A stretch of 64,000 nt of DNA from Gemmatimonas sp. (lineage in GTDB: Bacteria > Gemmatimonadota > Gemmatimonadetes > Gemmatimonadales > Gemmatimonadaceae): assembly GCA_965279375.1 (NCBI GenBank), contig OZ257156.1, forward strand, positions 3,264,001 through 3,328,000, read 5' to 3'. Under the pieces are notes generated by a model. That model searched no databases. It was given only the letters and a program-made list of their open reading frames with translations, and had not been told where the DNA came from. Every line of letters begins with the position of its first letter. The stretch's first letter is position 1. Both the position numbers and the translations under genes were made by a program. Of the stretch, positions 25,034 to 33,900 are shown piece by piece.

Positions 25034-25780
25034 ATGACCCGGTCCCTGCTTCGCCGCGCGCGTCTCGCACTGAGCATCTCGCTGCTCACCGCCTCGCCGT
25101 TCGCGCTCGAGGCCCAGAGCACGACGATTGCGCTGCCCAATCCGGCGCCCGTTGGCCCGAGCCCCTACTTCCTCTCCGGACCGTTCGGCAAGCCGTCTGC
25201 CTCCTTCCCGGCCTCGTTGGCCGTGGGGCAGACATTCACCGTGCCGCTCGGCTACAGCTTCCTCCAGTCGTTCAGCTTCTGGCTGGCGGAGGATCCGGGG
25301 CTCACCACCAACGGCTCGGCACTGCAGTTCCGTGGCTACGTGGCTGAGTGGGACGGCACGAAGGCGGGGAACGTGCTTTTCAGCAGTGGTGTGATGAGCG
25401 GACAGAACTGCCTGAGTGTTCAGCAGGCGTGCAGCTTCACTGCGCCCAACGTCGCGGTGAACGGCGGTCAGCAGTACGTCGCGTTCCTCAGCTCGGTGGA
25501 GTTCTTCACGCAGATCGCCTCGCCCGATGCGAGCCTCGCGATCAACACGGTGTTCGACGCGGCGTTCGCCTACAGCGGTGGTGCGTTCGTCTCCACCAAC
25601 GCGGGTTCGTCGCTCGCCGATCTGTCGACCATGGATTGGGAGAACACCGGTACGCCGGAGTACCAGACGCAGTTCGCTGCCAATTTCACGACCAACGTCG
25701 TGCCGGAGCCGTCATCGTTCCTGCTGATCATCGCAGGCGGCGCGGGCGTGTGGATGCTTTCGCGACGTCGCCGCGCCTGA
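25034..25780 (+). CDS. PEP-CTERM sorting domain surface protein
   Basis: Signal peptide; C-terminal 'VVPEPSSFLLIIAGGAGVWMLSRRRRA' (VPEP + TM + Arg tail). GTG at 25004 is an alternative start. Confidence 0.9.
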   Translation: MTRSLLRRARLALSISLLTASPFALEAQSTTIALPNPAPVGPSPYFLSGPFGKPSASFPASLAVGQTFTVPLGYSFLQSFSFWLAEDPGLTTNGSALQFRGYVAEWDGTKAGNVLFSSGVMSGQNCLSVQQACSFTAPNVAVNGGQQYVAFLSSVEFFTQIASPDASLAINTVFDAAFAYSGGAFVSTNAGSSLADLSTMDWENTGTPEYQTQFAANFTTNVVPEPSSFLLIIAGGAGVWMLSRRRRA

Positions 25781-25846
25781 TGCACGCGTTGTAGCGTAGC
25801 GCTGCCGAGCTCGCGCTCGGCACGCGGTCGAGTCACACATTGCCAG

Positions 25847-25879
25847 CACGCCCCGCCGGGACTCCCGCGGGGCGTGTTT
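25847..25879. terminator. Probable terminator between convergent genes
   Basis: CACGCCCCGC(C)GGG-act-CCCGCGGGGCGTG followed by TTT. Confidence 0.7.
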
Positions 25880-25892
25880 GCGTCTGCACCCC

Positions 25893-26462
25893 CTACGGCG
25901 TGTCGGATCTGGGAAGCATCAGATCGCGCAGGAAGAACGCCGCCAGTTCCGCGCGTCCCTGCAGCCCTGCCTTCCGATACACCTCGACGGCGTGCTGCCG
26001 CACCGTCCGCTCGGAGCGCTGCAACTGCGCCGCTGCCTGCTTGTGCCCTTCGCCCTTGAGCAGCAGCAGCGCCACCTCACGCTCGGCGCGCGTGAGGTTC
26101 CATTCGCTGAATTGCCGGTCGATCGCCGTGGCAAATCCGGCGAGCGCCTGTTCGGCGCTGGAACGCCAGCGATCGCGTTCCATCCGGCGCTGCTCCAGCG
26201 CCTCGTTCGTCGCCGCCAGTGAGGTGCGCGCCTCGCCAAGTGCGGCGGCCGTGCGCCGCCAGCCGCGAAAGAGAATCACGGCGAACGCGAGACTGACCAG
26301 CACCAGCGTCATCTCGAACGCCACGTGGATCGAGAAGAGGCTCTCCGGCCCGTCGAGCACGATGTCGATCGTGCCGCCCACCACGACCAGCACCAGAAAG
26401 CCCGCGAGCAGCAGCGGCAGCGGCCCGTCGAGCACCGCCGCGTCGTCGTTTCCTGTCGACAT
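25893..26462 (-). CDS. Membrane-anchored LuxR-family HTH transcriptional regulator
   Basis: Two N-terminal TM helices, coiled coil, 'WNLTRAEREVALLLLKG...SERTVRQHAVEVYRKAGLQGRAEL'; GAGGA RBS before ATG 26462. Confidence 0.9.
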   Translation of the reverse strand: MSTGNDDAAVLDGPLPLLLAGFLVLVVVGGTIDIVLDGPESLFSIHVAFEMTLVLVSLAFAVILFRGWRRTAAALGEARTSLAATNEALEQRRMERDRWRSSAEQALAGFATAIDRQFSEWNLTRAEREVALLLLKGEGHKQAAAQLQRSERTVRQHAVEVYRKAGLQGRAELAAFFLRDLMLPRSDTP

Positions 26463-26675
26463 ATCCGTATCCTCTTGCGCCATCGTCAGTTGGCTAGGGC
26501 CGCGTGGCAACGGACGACTGCCTGGATCTCGACTGGCACGAACACTTGTCTCCCCCTGATCGCGACATCTGTCGGATACGACGTGGACCACAGCGCGCCG
26601 ATGTTGCTAGTGAGGCCGCACAGCATGGGGCGTTAGACGCCAGCGCCGGTCGAATCATATCACACGGAGCCAACG

Positions 26676-27206
26676 ATGTCCTTCCTGCCATCACCCCTGC
26701 ATCCGGCAATTGTGCACCTGCCTATCGCACTTGCCGTACTCGTCCCGCTGTTCGCGATCGGTGCGGTTCTCGCCATCAAGCGCGGCGCGCCGTCGCAGAA
26801 GACGTGGGCGATTCCGTTTGCGCTGATCGCCCTCTTGCTCGTTAGCGGTTGGGCGTCGTTGCAAACCGGCAAGCGCGACGAAGACCGCGCCGAACGTGTA
26901 CTCGGAGAAGCGCCGATCGAAAGCCATGAGGAGGCGGCCGAGGGCTTTCTGGTCGCCACGGGCGTTGTGTTGCTGCTCGCGGGGGCTGGCTTCGCGCGTG
27001 GACAAGTCGGCACTGCCGCGCGCGGCGTTGCTGTCGTAGGCACCATCGCCCTGATGGGGGCGGGATACAACGTTGGGCACACGGGCGGCGCGCTCGTCTA
27101 TCGCAATGGCTCCGCGATGGCCTTTGTCGGCGGTGGCGATGGTGGCGCAGCCGCGGCCACGGCCGATGCCGGCGGCGATGATGATGATGATGACGACGAC
27201 CGGTAG
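26676..27206 (+). CDS. DUF2231-like 4-TM membrane protein (His-containing, possibly heme-binding)
   Basis: 'LHPAIVHLPIAL', 'IESHEEAA', 'GHTGGALVY'; acidic poly-Asp tail; GGAG RBS. Confidence 0.8.
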   Translation: MSFLPSPLHPAIVHLPIALAVLVPLFAIGAVLAIKRGAPSQKTWAIPFALIALLLVSGWASLQTGKRDEDRAERVLGEAPIESHEEAAEGFLVATGVVLLLAGAGFARGQVGTAARGVAVVGTIALMGAGYNVGHTGGALVYRNGSAMAFVGGGDGGAAAATADAGGDDDDDDDDR

Positions 27207-29911
27207 GGCCACACGAGCTTGAGCACTTCCAGCAGGACCAGCGGGATGGCTCCCAAGGCCAGCAACAGCGCGCCGTCGGAAAATGGCAGCGGCGTTGTCT
27301 TGAGCACACGACCGAACGACACGCTGTGCTGGCTGAGGAACTGCACGCCGATCGAGAGTACCACGACAGCCAACAGGGCAGGGTTGATCAGGGGGCGAAT
27401 GCGCCAGAGCGGCTTCTGCGCACTGCGCGCCCCGAACGCGCGGAGCAGCTCGCCGAATACCAGCACAGCGAACGCCGCCGATCGCGCGTACGCGAGATCG
27501 CCGCGCTGCAACGCGACGATGAACACCGTGAGCGCCACTCCCGCCGTCAGCATGCCGGTGATCACCATTGTTGGCACGAAGCGGCCGGAGGTGATGCGTT
27601 CTGCGCGTCGGCGCGGCGCGCGTGACATGACGTCGTCATCGATGGCATCCGTGGCGAGACAGAACGCCGGGATGCCATCGGTCACGAGGTTGATCCATAG
27701 CAGATGAATGGGCAAGAGCGGCGCGGGCATGCCGATCAGCACGCAGGCGAGCATGAGCGTCAGCTCGCCGGTGTTGCCCGCGAGCAGATACTGCAGCGTC
27801 TTGCGGATATTGTCGTAGATCCCGCGCCCCTCTTCGACGGCCAGCACGATGGTCGCGAAGTTGTCGTCGGTGATGATCATGTCCGCGGCCTGCTTGGTCA
27901 CCTCCGTACCGGCCCGGCCCATCGCGATGCCGATGTCGGCGCCCTTGAGCGCAGGCGCGTCGTTCACGCCGTCGCCGGTCATCGCCACAACCGCGTCGCT
28001 CCCCTTGAGCGCGCGCACGATACGCAGCTTGTGCTCGGCGGAGACGCGCGCAAACACCGACGTGGTGAGCACCGTCGCGCGAAGCGCGTCGTCTGTGAGT
28101 GCGTCCAGTTGCGTACCGCTCACCGGATCGCCGTGCGTCTTCACGCCAAGCTCGCGCGCGATGGCCGCCGCCGTTTCGGCGTGATCGCCGGTGATCATCA
28201 CCACGCGAATGCCCGCCCGATGGCACGTGGCGATGGCGGCCTTGGCCTCGGCGCGAGGTGGATCGTACATCCCGACCAGCCCAACGAACACCAACTCTCG
28301 TTCTATCTCGTCTGCACTCAACGCGTCGGCCATCGACTCGCTGACATCGCGGTATGCTCCGGCGAGCACTCGCAGCGCAGAGGACGCCATCTTGGCCACC
28401 TGCGCCAGCACGTGCTTGTGATCGTGCGCGGTGATCGGCCGCACTCCGTCGGCAGCTCGAATGTGGGTGCAGCGTTCCAACAGTACGCCGGGCGCTCCTT
28501 TCACCAATGCGCGGCACCCGTCGTTGCCGTGCGCACGAATGCTGCTGCTGCGTTTGCGCTCGGAGTCGAAGGGATGCACCCGCCGCTCCGGCATCGCCTC
28601 GTCGAGCGCAGCACGCGTGACGCCCGCTTTCACGCCGGCCGCGAGCAGCGCCCCCTCGGTCGGATCGCCGACCGTGCTCCATACGCCATCCACTTCAGCA
28701 AGGCGCGCGCTGTTGCAACCGACGAGAATCGTCAGCAGCTCACGCAGGGGCTCGCTCTGCTCGGTGGATGCGGCACTCGCCGTGGCGATGGCGTCGTGGC
28801 GTTCGACCGCTCCTGCCGGACCGTAGCCCTCCCCCGTCACGGAGAACTGTTCTCCAGACACGCGCAGCTCGCGCACGGTCATCTCGCCCACGGTAAGCGT
28901 GCCGGTCTTGTCGGTGCAGATCACGCTGGTTGAACCAAGCGTTTCCACTGCGGCCAGCTTCCTAACCAACGCGCGCTGACGCGCCATGCGCATTGCGCCA
29001 AGTGAGAGCGAAACGGTTACCACAGCCGGCAGCCCCTCAGGTACCGCCGCCACCGCCAGGCTCACCGACGTCATCACGAGCTCCAGCCATGGCGTGCCGC
29101 GCATGACACCCAGCAGCAGCAGCAGGACGACCACGCCCAATGCACCCCACACCAGCACGCGCGCAAAGGCGTTGAGCTTTTGCTGGAAGGGCGTATCCCG
29201 ATCTGCACCGGCCGACTGCAACAGTCCTGCAATGCGGCCGAGTTCCGTCTCCATGGCAACGGATACCACGACGGCCTCGCCGGCACCCGCTGCCACGCTG
29301 GTCCCGAGAAACACCATGTTGTCGCGATCGCCGATGCCGAGCGTGGCGTCGGGGAGCGTCTCTGCCTGCTTCGTGGTCGGGGCCGACTCGCCGGTCAGCG
29401 CGGCCTCCACGCACGTGAGCGAGGACACGCTCAGCAGGCGTGCATCCGCCGCGATCAGATCGCCCGCCTCGAGGTGCAGCACGTCGCCCACGACGATGTC
29501 CATCGCGGCGACCACGATGGTCGCCCCATCGCGACGCACGGTGGCTCGCGGCGCCGTCAGCTCCTGCAGGGCGGCGATGGACCGTTCCGCGCTGAATTCC
29601 TGATAAAAGCCGATGGCGGCATTGAGCAGCACGATGGCGGCAATGGCGGCTGCATCCACGCGTTCGCCGAGCGCGAGCGACAGAGCCCCCGCTCCGATCA
29701 GGATCCAGATGATCAGACCGGAGAACTGCGCGGCCAGAATGCGCAGCGGGTGCACCCGGGGGCCAGCGGCCAGCACGTTTGGACCGTTGTCGGCCAGGCG
29801 GCTCGCCGATTCCGCGGTGGTGAGCCCATCCGGCGACGAACCGAGGCTGGCGAGAACCTGGGCGGTGTCCTGGTCGTGCCAGAGGTGTGGAGCGGAGGCG
29901 GCTGTGGTCAT
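27098..29911 (-). CDS. Cation-transporting P-type ATPase, P2A (Ca2+-type) subfamily
   Basis: 'EAALTGES', 'VPEGLP', 'DKTGTLT', 'MITGDH', 'MTGDGVNDAPAL', TM6 'LWINLVTDG'. Confidence 0.95.
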   Translation of the reverse strand: MTTAASAPHLWHDQDTAQVLASLGSSPDGLTTAESASRLADNGPNVLAAGPRVHPLRILAAQFSGLIIWILIGAGALSLALGERVDAAAIAAIVLLNAAIGFYQEFSAERSIAALQELTAPRATVRRDGATIVVAAMDIVVGDVLHLEAGDLIAADARLLSVSSLTCVEAALTGESAPTTKQAETLPDATLGIGDRDNMVFLGTSVAAGAGEAVVVSVAMETELGRIAGLLQSAGADRDTPFQQKLNAFARVLVWGALGVVVLLLLLGVMRGTPWLELVMTSVSLAVAAVPEGLPAVVTVSLSLGAMRMARQRALVRKLAAVETLGSTSVICTDKTGTLTVGEMTVRELRVSGEQFSVTGEGYGPAGAVERHDAIATASAASTEQSEPLRELLTILVGCNSARLAEVDGVWSTVGDPTEGALLAAGVKAGVTRAALDEAMPERRVHPFDSERKRSSSIRAHGNDGCRALVKGAPGVLLERCTHIRAADGVRPITAHDHKHVLAQVAKMASSALRVLAGAYRDVSESMADALSADEIERELVFVGLVGMYDPPRAEAKAAIATCHRAGIRVVMITGDHAETAAAIARELGVKTHGDPVSGTQLDALTDDALRATVLTTSVFARVSAEHKLRIVRALKGSDAVVAMTGDGVNDAPALKGADIGIAMGRAGTEVTKQAADMIITDDNFATIVLAVEEGRGIYDNIRKTLQYLLAGNTGELTLMLACVLIGMPAPLLPIHLLWINLVTDGIPAFCLATDAIDDDVMSRAPRRRAERITSGRFVPTMVITGMLTAGVALTVFIVALQRGDLAYARSAAFAVLVFGELLRAFGARSAQKPLWRIRPLINPALLAVVVLSIGVQFLSQHSVSFGRVLKTTPLPFSDGALLLALGAIPLVLLEVLKLVWPYRSSSSSSSSPPASAVAAAAPPSPPPTKAIAEPLR

Positions 29912-30067
29912 GCCCGTCTGTTCGCGAGGACCGTGCCGAACGCCGACACTTTCGTGGCGGATTGTCGTACGGTGGCTCACCCCATAACATCATCGCGCGT
30001 CCCGCCCAGTCCGGAGCGGGGCGCGTTCTCGCAATCGGCGCCCCGGTGCGCCACCCGGAGATCGGTC

Positions 30068-31096
30068 ATGTCACTCGGCGACTTCCTGCGCAAGCAGTTC
30101 ATCGACGTCATTCAATGGACCGAGTCGGGTCCTGGCGTGCTCATGCACCGCTTCCCGATGCGGGACATGGAGATCCAGAGCGGCGGCAAGCTGACGGTCC
30201 GCGAGTCGCAGATGGCGCTCTTCGTGAACGAGGGCGTGGCGGCCGACGTCTTTGGCCCCGGACTGCACACGCTGATCACGAGCAACCTGCCGCTGCTCAC
30301 CAATCTCCAGAATTGGGACAAGGCCTTCGAGTCGCCCTTCAAGAGCGACGTGTACTTCTTCTCCACGCGCGTCCAGACCGGACAGCGCTGGGGGACGCAG
30401 CAGCCGATCACGATTCGCGACAAGGAGTTCGGCGCGGTGCGGCTGCGCGCCTTCGGCATGTACAGCTTCCGTATCTCCAACCCGAGCGTCTTTCACGCAA
30501 ACGTTGGTGCAACGGACGCCGAGTACACCGTTGAGCAGATCGACGCGCAGCTTCGCAACAGTGTCATTTCGGGCTTCACCTCCGCGTTCGCGAATTCGCA
30601 GGTGCCCTTTCTCGACATGGCGGCCAATCAGGCGGAGCTGGCCAAGCAGATCGCCGCGTCGGTATCGCCGTCGTTCGAACAGCTCGGGCTGCGCCTCGAG
30701 TCCTTGGTGGTCGAGAACCTCTCGCTGCCAGACGAGTTGCAGAAGCGTCTCGATGAACGCATCAGCATGAACATGATCGGCGACTTGCGAGCCTATACGC
30801 AGTATCAGGCGGCGCAGTCGATTCCGATCGCGGCAGCGAACGAAGGCGGCATCGCTGGACTCGGTGCTGGGTTAGGTGCGGGGATGGGCATTGGCGGTGC
30901 GATGGCCGACGCAATGCGTGCGGGCTCGGCGCCGGCGACACCTGCCGTGCAACCTGCGGCGCCCGGCGAGCCGGTCGCTGTCGGCGGACCCGCGCCCACG
31001 GCGAGCGGCGCGACGAAGTTCTGCATGCACTGCGGCAAGGTGATGCCGGCGCCTGCCAAGTTCTGCCCGGCGTGCGGGCAAGCGCAGCTCGAGTGA
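30068..31096 (+). CDS. SPFH/Band-7 domain protein (YdjI-like) with C-terminal double zinc ribbon
   Basis: 'QFIDVIQW', 'LTVRESQMALFVNEG', 'FESPFKSDVYF', 'RLRAFG', Gly-rich 'GLGAGMG', 'FCMHCG...KFCPACG'; GGAG RBS before ATG 30068. Confidence 0.88.
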   Translation: MSLGDFLRKQFIDVIQWTESGPGVLMHRFPMRDMEIQSGGKLTVRESQMALFVNEGVAADVFGPGLHTLITSNLPLLTNLQNWDKAFESPFKSDVYFFSTRVQTGQRWGTQQPITIRDKEFGAVRLRAFGMYSFRISNPSVFHANVGATDAEYTVEQIDAQLRNSVISGFTSAFANSQVPFLDMAANQAELAKQIAASVSPSFEQLGLRLESLVVENLSLPDELQKRLDERISMNMIGDLRAYTQYQAAQSIPIAAANEGGIAGLGAGLGAGMGIGGAMADAMRAGSAPATPAVQPAAPGEPVAVGGPAPTASGATKFCMHCGKVMPAPAKFCPACGQAQLE

Positions 31097-31512
31097 ACGC
31101 ACAGGGCTCTGAATGGGTCGTAGAGGCGTTCGGCTGCGACCCGGCACGTTTGCGCGATCTCGAAGCGATGCAGGCGTTGTTTGCGAGCGCGGTGCGTGAG
31201 CTCTCGCTGCATCCTGTTGCGGACGGCGTTTGGCACCGATTCCCCGGTGCCGGCGGCGTGACTGGACTGTTGCCGCTCGCCGAGTCGCACCTGACGGTGC
31301 ACACCTTTCCCGAGCACGGCTCGTGCTGTCTCAACCTCTTTTGCTGCACTCCGCGTGCGCGCTGGAATTGGGAGGAGCAGTTGGCGACGCAGCTGGGTGC
31401 GACGGAGGTGCTGGTTCGCGTGCTCGATCGGATCTACGCTCCGACCGGTGCATCGAGCATTGCCGCGGCGACGGGAGCCGATGTCGTCGCGGTCGGTAGC
31501 AACGCGTCATGA
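31093..31512 (+). CDS. speD: S-adenosylmethionine decarboxylase proenzyme (pyruvoyl-dependent, SpeD/SpeH type)
   Basis: 'GGVTGLLPLAESHLTVHTFPEHG' (ES autocleavage site) and downstream 'LFCC'; GTGA overlap. Confidence 0.82.
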   Translation: MNAQGSEWVVEAFGCDPARLRDLEAMQALFASAVRELSLHPVADGVWHRFPGAGGVTGLLPLAESHLTVHTFPEHGSCCLNLFCCTPRARWNWEEQLATQLGATEVLVRVLDRIYAPTGASSIAAATGADVVAVGSNAS

Positions 31513-32153
31513 CCGCACCCGCTGCACGTAGCACGTCCTGCCCAAACTGTGGAGCGCCGGTGGTGTTTCGCTGGGCGCAGGCCGTGCAAACCACTTGCGC
31601 CTACTGCAAGGCGGTACTGGTGCGTCGCGATCTCGATCTCGAGCGCGTCGGGCTGCAGGCGGAATTCCCGCAGACTGGCTCGCCGATCCAGCTCGGCAGC
31701 GAAGGGAAGTGGCGCGGCCAGTCGTTCGTGGTGGTCGGACGCATCGCGTACGAGTGGGCGCGCGGTCGCTGGAACGAATGGCACTGCCGGCTCGGTAACG
31801 GCAGCAGTGCGTGGCTTTCCGATGCACAGCTCGAGTACGCGATGACGATTGCGTTCGACCCCGACATGCCGCTTCCTGATCCGTCGCGCGTGCAGCTCGG
31901 CGAGCTGCTCTCGTGGGGGGGAGTCACCTACGAGGTCGCATCCGTGAACTCGGCGTCGTACGTGGGCACCGAAGGAGAATTGCCGTTCTCGTCCTTCACC
32001 CGGGACCGTTGCGTGTTTGTTGACCTGCAGAACGATGTAGGCGCCTTCGCGACCATCGACGCGTCCGATCATCCGCCGGTGCTCTACGTCGGCGAGTACG
32101 TCAACTTCGATGATCTTGCGCTGCGCAACCTGCGCGAGTTCGAGGGATGGTGA
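31509..32153 (+). CDS. DUF4178-like protein with N-terminal zinc ribbon
   Basis: 'CPNCGAP...CAYC', 'SPIQLGSEG', 'GRWNEWH', 'WLSDAQ', 'EGELPF'. Confidence 0.75.
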   Translation: MTAPAARSTSCPNCGAPVVFRWAQAVQTTCAYCKAVLVRRDLDLERVGLQAEFPQTGSPIQLGSEGKWRGQSFVVVGRIAYEWARGRWNEWHCRLGNGSSAWLSDAQLEYAMTIAFDPDMPLPDPSRVQLGELLSWGGVTYEVASVNSASYVGTEGELPFSSFTRDRCVFVDLQNDVGAFATIDASDHPPVLYVGEYVNFDDLALRNLREFEGW

Positions 32154-32157
32154 GCCG

Positions 32158-33462
32158 ATGGTGACGACGCTCGATCCGGCGCCGCGCGTACCGCGCGCAT
32201 CATCGCTCTCCTGTCCGTCGTGCGGCGCGGCCATCGTGCTCAAGTCGCAGGGGTGGGCTACGACGGTCGCCTGCGCCAGCTGCTCGGCGGTGCTCGACGC
32301 CACCGACCCCAACCTCGCAATCCTGCAGCAGCACGGCAGCGCGATGCGAGTCGAGCCCCGCATCCCGCTGGGCTCGCGCGGTACGTGGAGCGGTGCGCCT
32401 TGGGAGGTGGTGGGCTTTCAACAAGTCACCATCACCGTGGACGAGGAGGACTACTCGTGGACCGAGTACGTCTGCTTCAACCCGTACCGTGGCTTTCTCT
32501 ATTTGTCCGAATACAACGGACACTGGAATGTCATCGAGAAGCTGCGTCGTAGACCGCAGGTGGATACGTCCGGCTCACGTCCCGTGGCCTCGTTGGACGG
32601 AAAGTCCTTCAAGCACTTCCAGACGGCGGAAGCGGTCACCACGTTCGCGATTGGCGAGTTCCCGTGGGAGCTGCGCGTTGGCGATCGCCTGCAGGCGCGC
32701 GACTTCATCGACCCGCCGTACATCCTGAGCGCAGAAGCCAGCGACGGTGAAGTGACGTGGTCGATGGGTACGTACACCGACAGCGAGCAACTCCGCAAAG
32801 CGTTCGGCGTGCCGAGTCCGTTTCCACGGCCGCAGGGTGTCTTCGCGAATCAGCCCAACAGGTTTCGCGGTCCGGCGCGCTCTATCGGGGTGACTGCTGT
32901 ACTGTTGCACGTCGCCATGATTGCGATGCTGGTGCTCAACGTGGCGACAGCGGGCAACCAGGTTGTGCTCTCGCAGGCATACACATACGATCGCGCGGAC
33001 TCGACGAACGCGACGCTGGTGACCCCTACGTTCGAGTTGACGGGCCGGCCATCGCGCGTGGCGCTCACGCTCGACACCGATGTGGACAACAACTGGGCGT
33101 TCTTCACGCTCTCGCTGATCAATGAGCAGACGGGTGACGTGCGCGAGGTCGAGCAGCAGGTGAGCGCCTATCACGGCACCGATTCCGACGGGAGCTGGTC
33201 GGAGGGCGGGCAGCGCGAAACCGTGCATCTCTCCTCCGTGCCCTCGGGGCGCTACTTCCTGCGCATCGCTGCGGAAGGCGGCGAGTTCGGTAGGCCGCCG
33301 GTGCGCTACACGCTTGTGGTAAAGCGTGATGTGCCGAGCTATCTGCTGTATTTCTTCGCGGCATTGGCGCTGATCGTGCCGACGGTGTTGGCGTTGTTCC
33401 CGTGGGCCAGTTTCGAAGGACGTCGCTGGTCGGAGAGTGACTATGCCTCGTCGGAGAGCTGA
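32158..33462 (+). CDS. DUF4178-like membrane protein (zinc ribbon + DUF4178 + 2 TM flanking an extracytoplasmic domain)
   Basis: 'CPSCGA...CASC', 'IPLGSRG', 'YSWTEY...GFLYLSEYNGHW', 'GEFPW', 'YHGTDSDGSWSEG', two hydrophobic helices. Confidence 0.75.
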   Translation: MVTTLDPAPRVPRASSLSCPSCGAAIVLKSQGWATTVACASCSAVLDATDPNLAILQQHGSAMRVEPRIPLGSRGTWSGAPWEVVGFQQVTITVDEEDYSWTEYVCFNPYRGFLYLSEYNGHWNVIEKLRRRPQVDTSGSRPVASLDGKSFKHFQTAEAVTTFAIGEFPWELRVGDRLQARDFIDPPYILSAEASDGEVTWSMGTYTDSEQLRKAFGVPSPFPRPQGVFANQPNRFRGPARSIGVTAVLLHVAMIAMLVLNVATAGNQVVLSQAYTYDRADSTNATLVTPTFELTGRPSRVALTLDTDVDNNWAFFTLSLINEQTGDVREVEQQVSAYHGTDSDGSWSEGGQRETVHLSSVPSGRYFLRIAAEGGEFGRPPVRYTLVVKRDVPSYLLYFFAALALIVPTVLALFPWASFEGRRWSESDYASSES

Positions 33463-33492
33463 GATGACAACGATCGCGGCGGGGGAGCGCTG

Positions 33493-33675
33493 ATGGCCAA
33501 AGTCTACACGGTGTGGGGCACTGCGGTGCTCCTTCTTCTCGGGGTGGCACAGTACCGCGGCTGGTCGCCGACCTCCACCAGCAGTGGCAAGACCAATCCA
33601 CGATCGGTGCGTGCCAATCCTGGTTCGTATCGCTCACCCTATTACCTCCCGGGGCGCACGCTCCGTGGCAAATAA
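33493..33675 (+). CDS. Small membrane-anchored hypothetical protein (60 aa)
   Basis: GGGGAG RBS, one TM/signal helix, Ser/Arg/Tyr-rich tail ending 'RGK'; fills the operon gap. Confidence 0.7.
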   Translation: MAKVYTVWGTAVLLLLGVAQYRGWSPTSTSSGKTNPRSVRANPGSYRSPYYLPGRTLRGK

Positions 33676-33690
33676 CGGAGTCATGTCGCC

Positions 33691-33900
33691 ATGGATTCGC
33701 TGACGCAGAACGCAACGAGTGCAGCGGTGTTCGCCACGCTTGGCGTGGTGCTTTTTGTCGTGGCGTTCTTTGTGGTTGATTTTCTCACGCCGGGCAAGCT
33801 GTGGAATGAGATCAGCGAGAAGAAGAACACCGCTGCCGCGATCCTGATGGGTTCCGTGGCGATCGCCTTGGGCATCATCGTCGCGGCCGCGATTCATTGA
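33691..33900 (+). CDS. DUF350 family small membrane protein
   Basis: 'DFLTPGKLWNEISEKKNTAAAILMG...IIVAAAIH'; GGAG RBS. Confidence 0.85.
   Translation: MDSLTQNATSAAVFATLGVVLFVVAFFVVDFLTPGKLWNEISEKKNTAAAILMGSVAIALGIIVAAAIH

Noticed and set aside
29180..30067. N-terminal extension of the 638-aa ORF ahead of the SPFH domain
   Set aside because: Mostly antisense to the P-type ATPase; the real start with GGAG RBS is at 30068.
33460..33462. Selenocysteine recoding of the in-frame TGA
   Set aside because: The position is in a low-complexity linker rather than a Cys-equivalent catalytic site, and no convincing SECIS hairpin follows.
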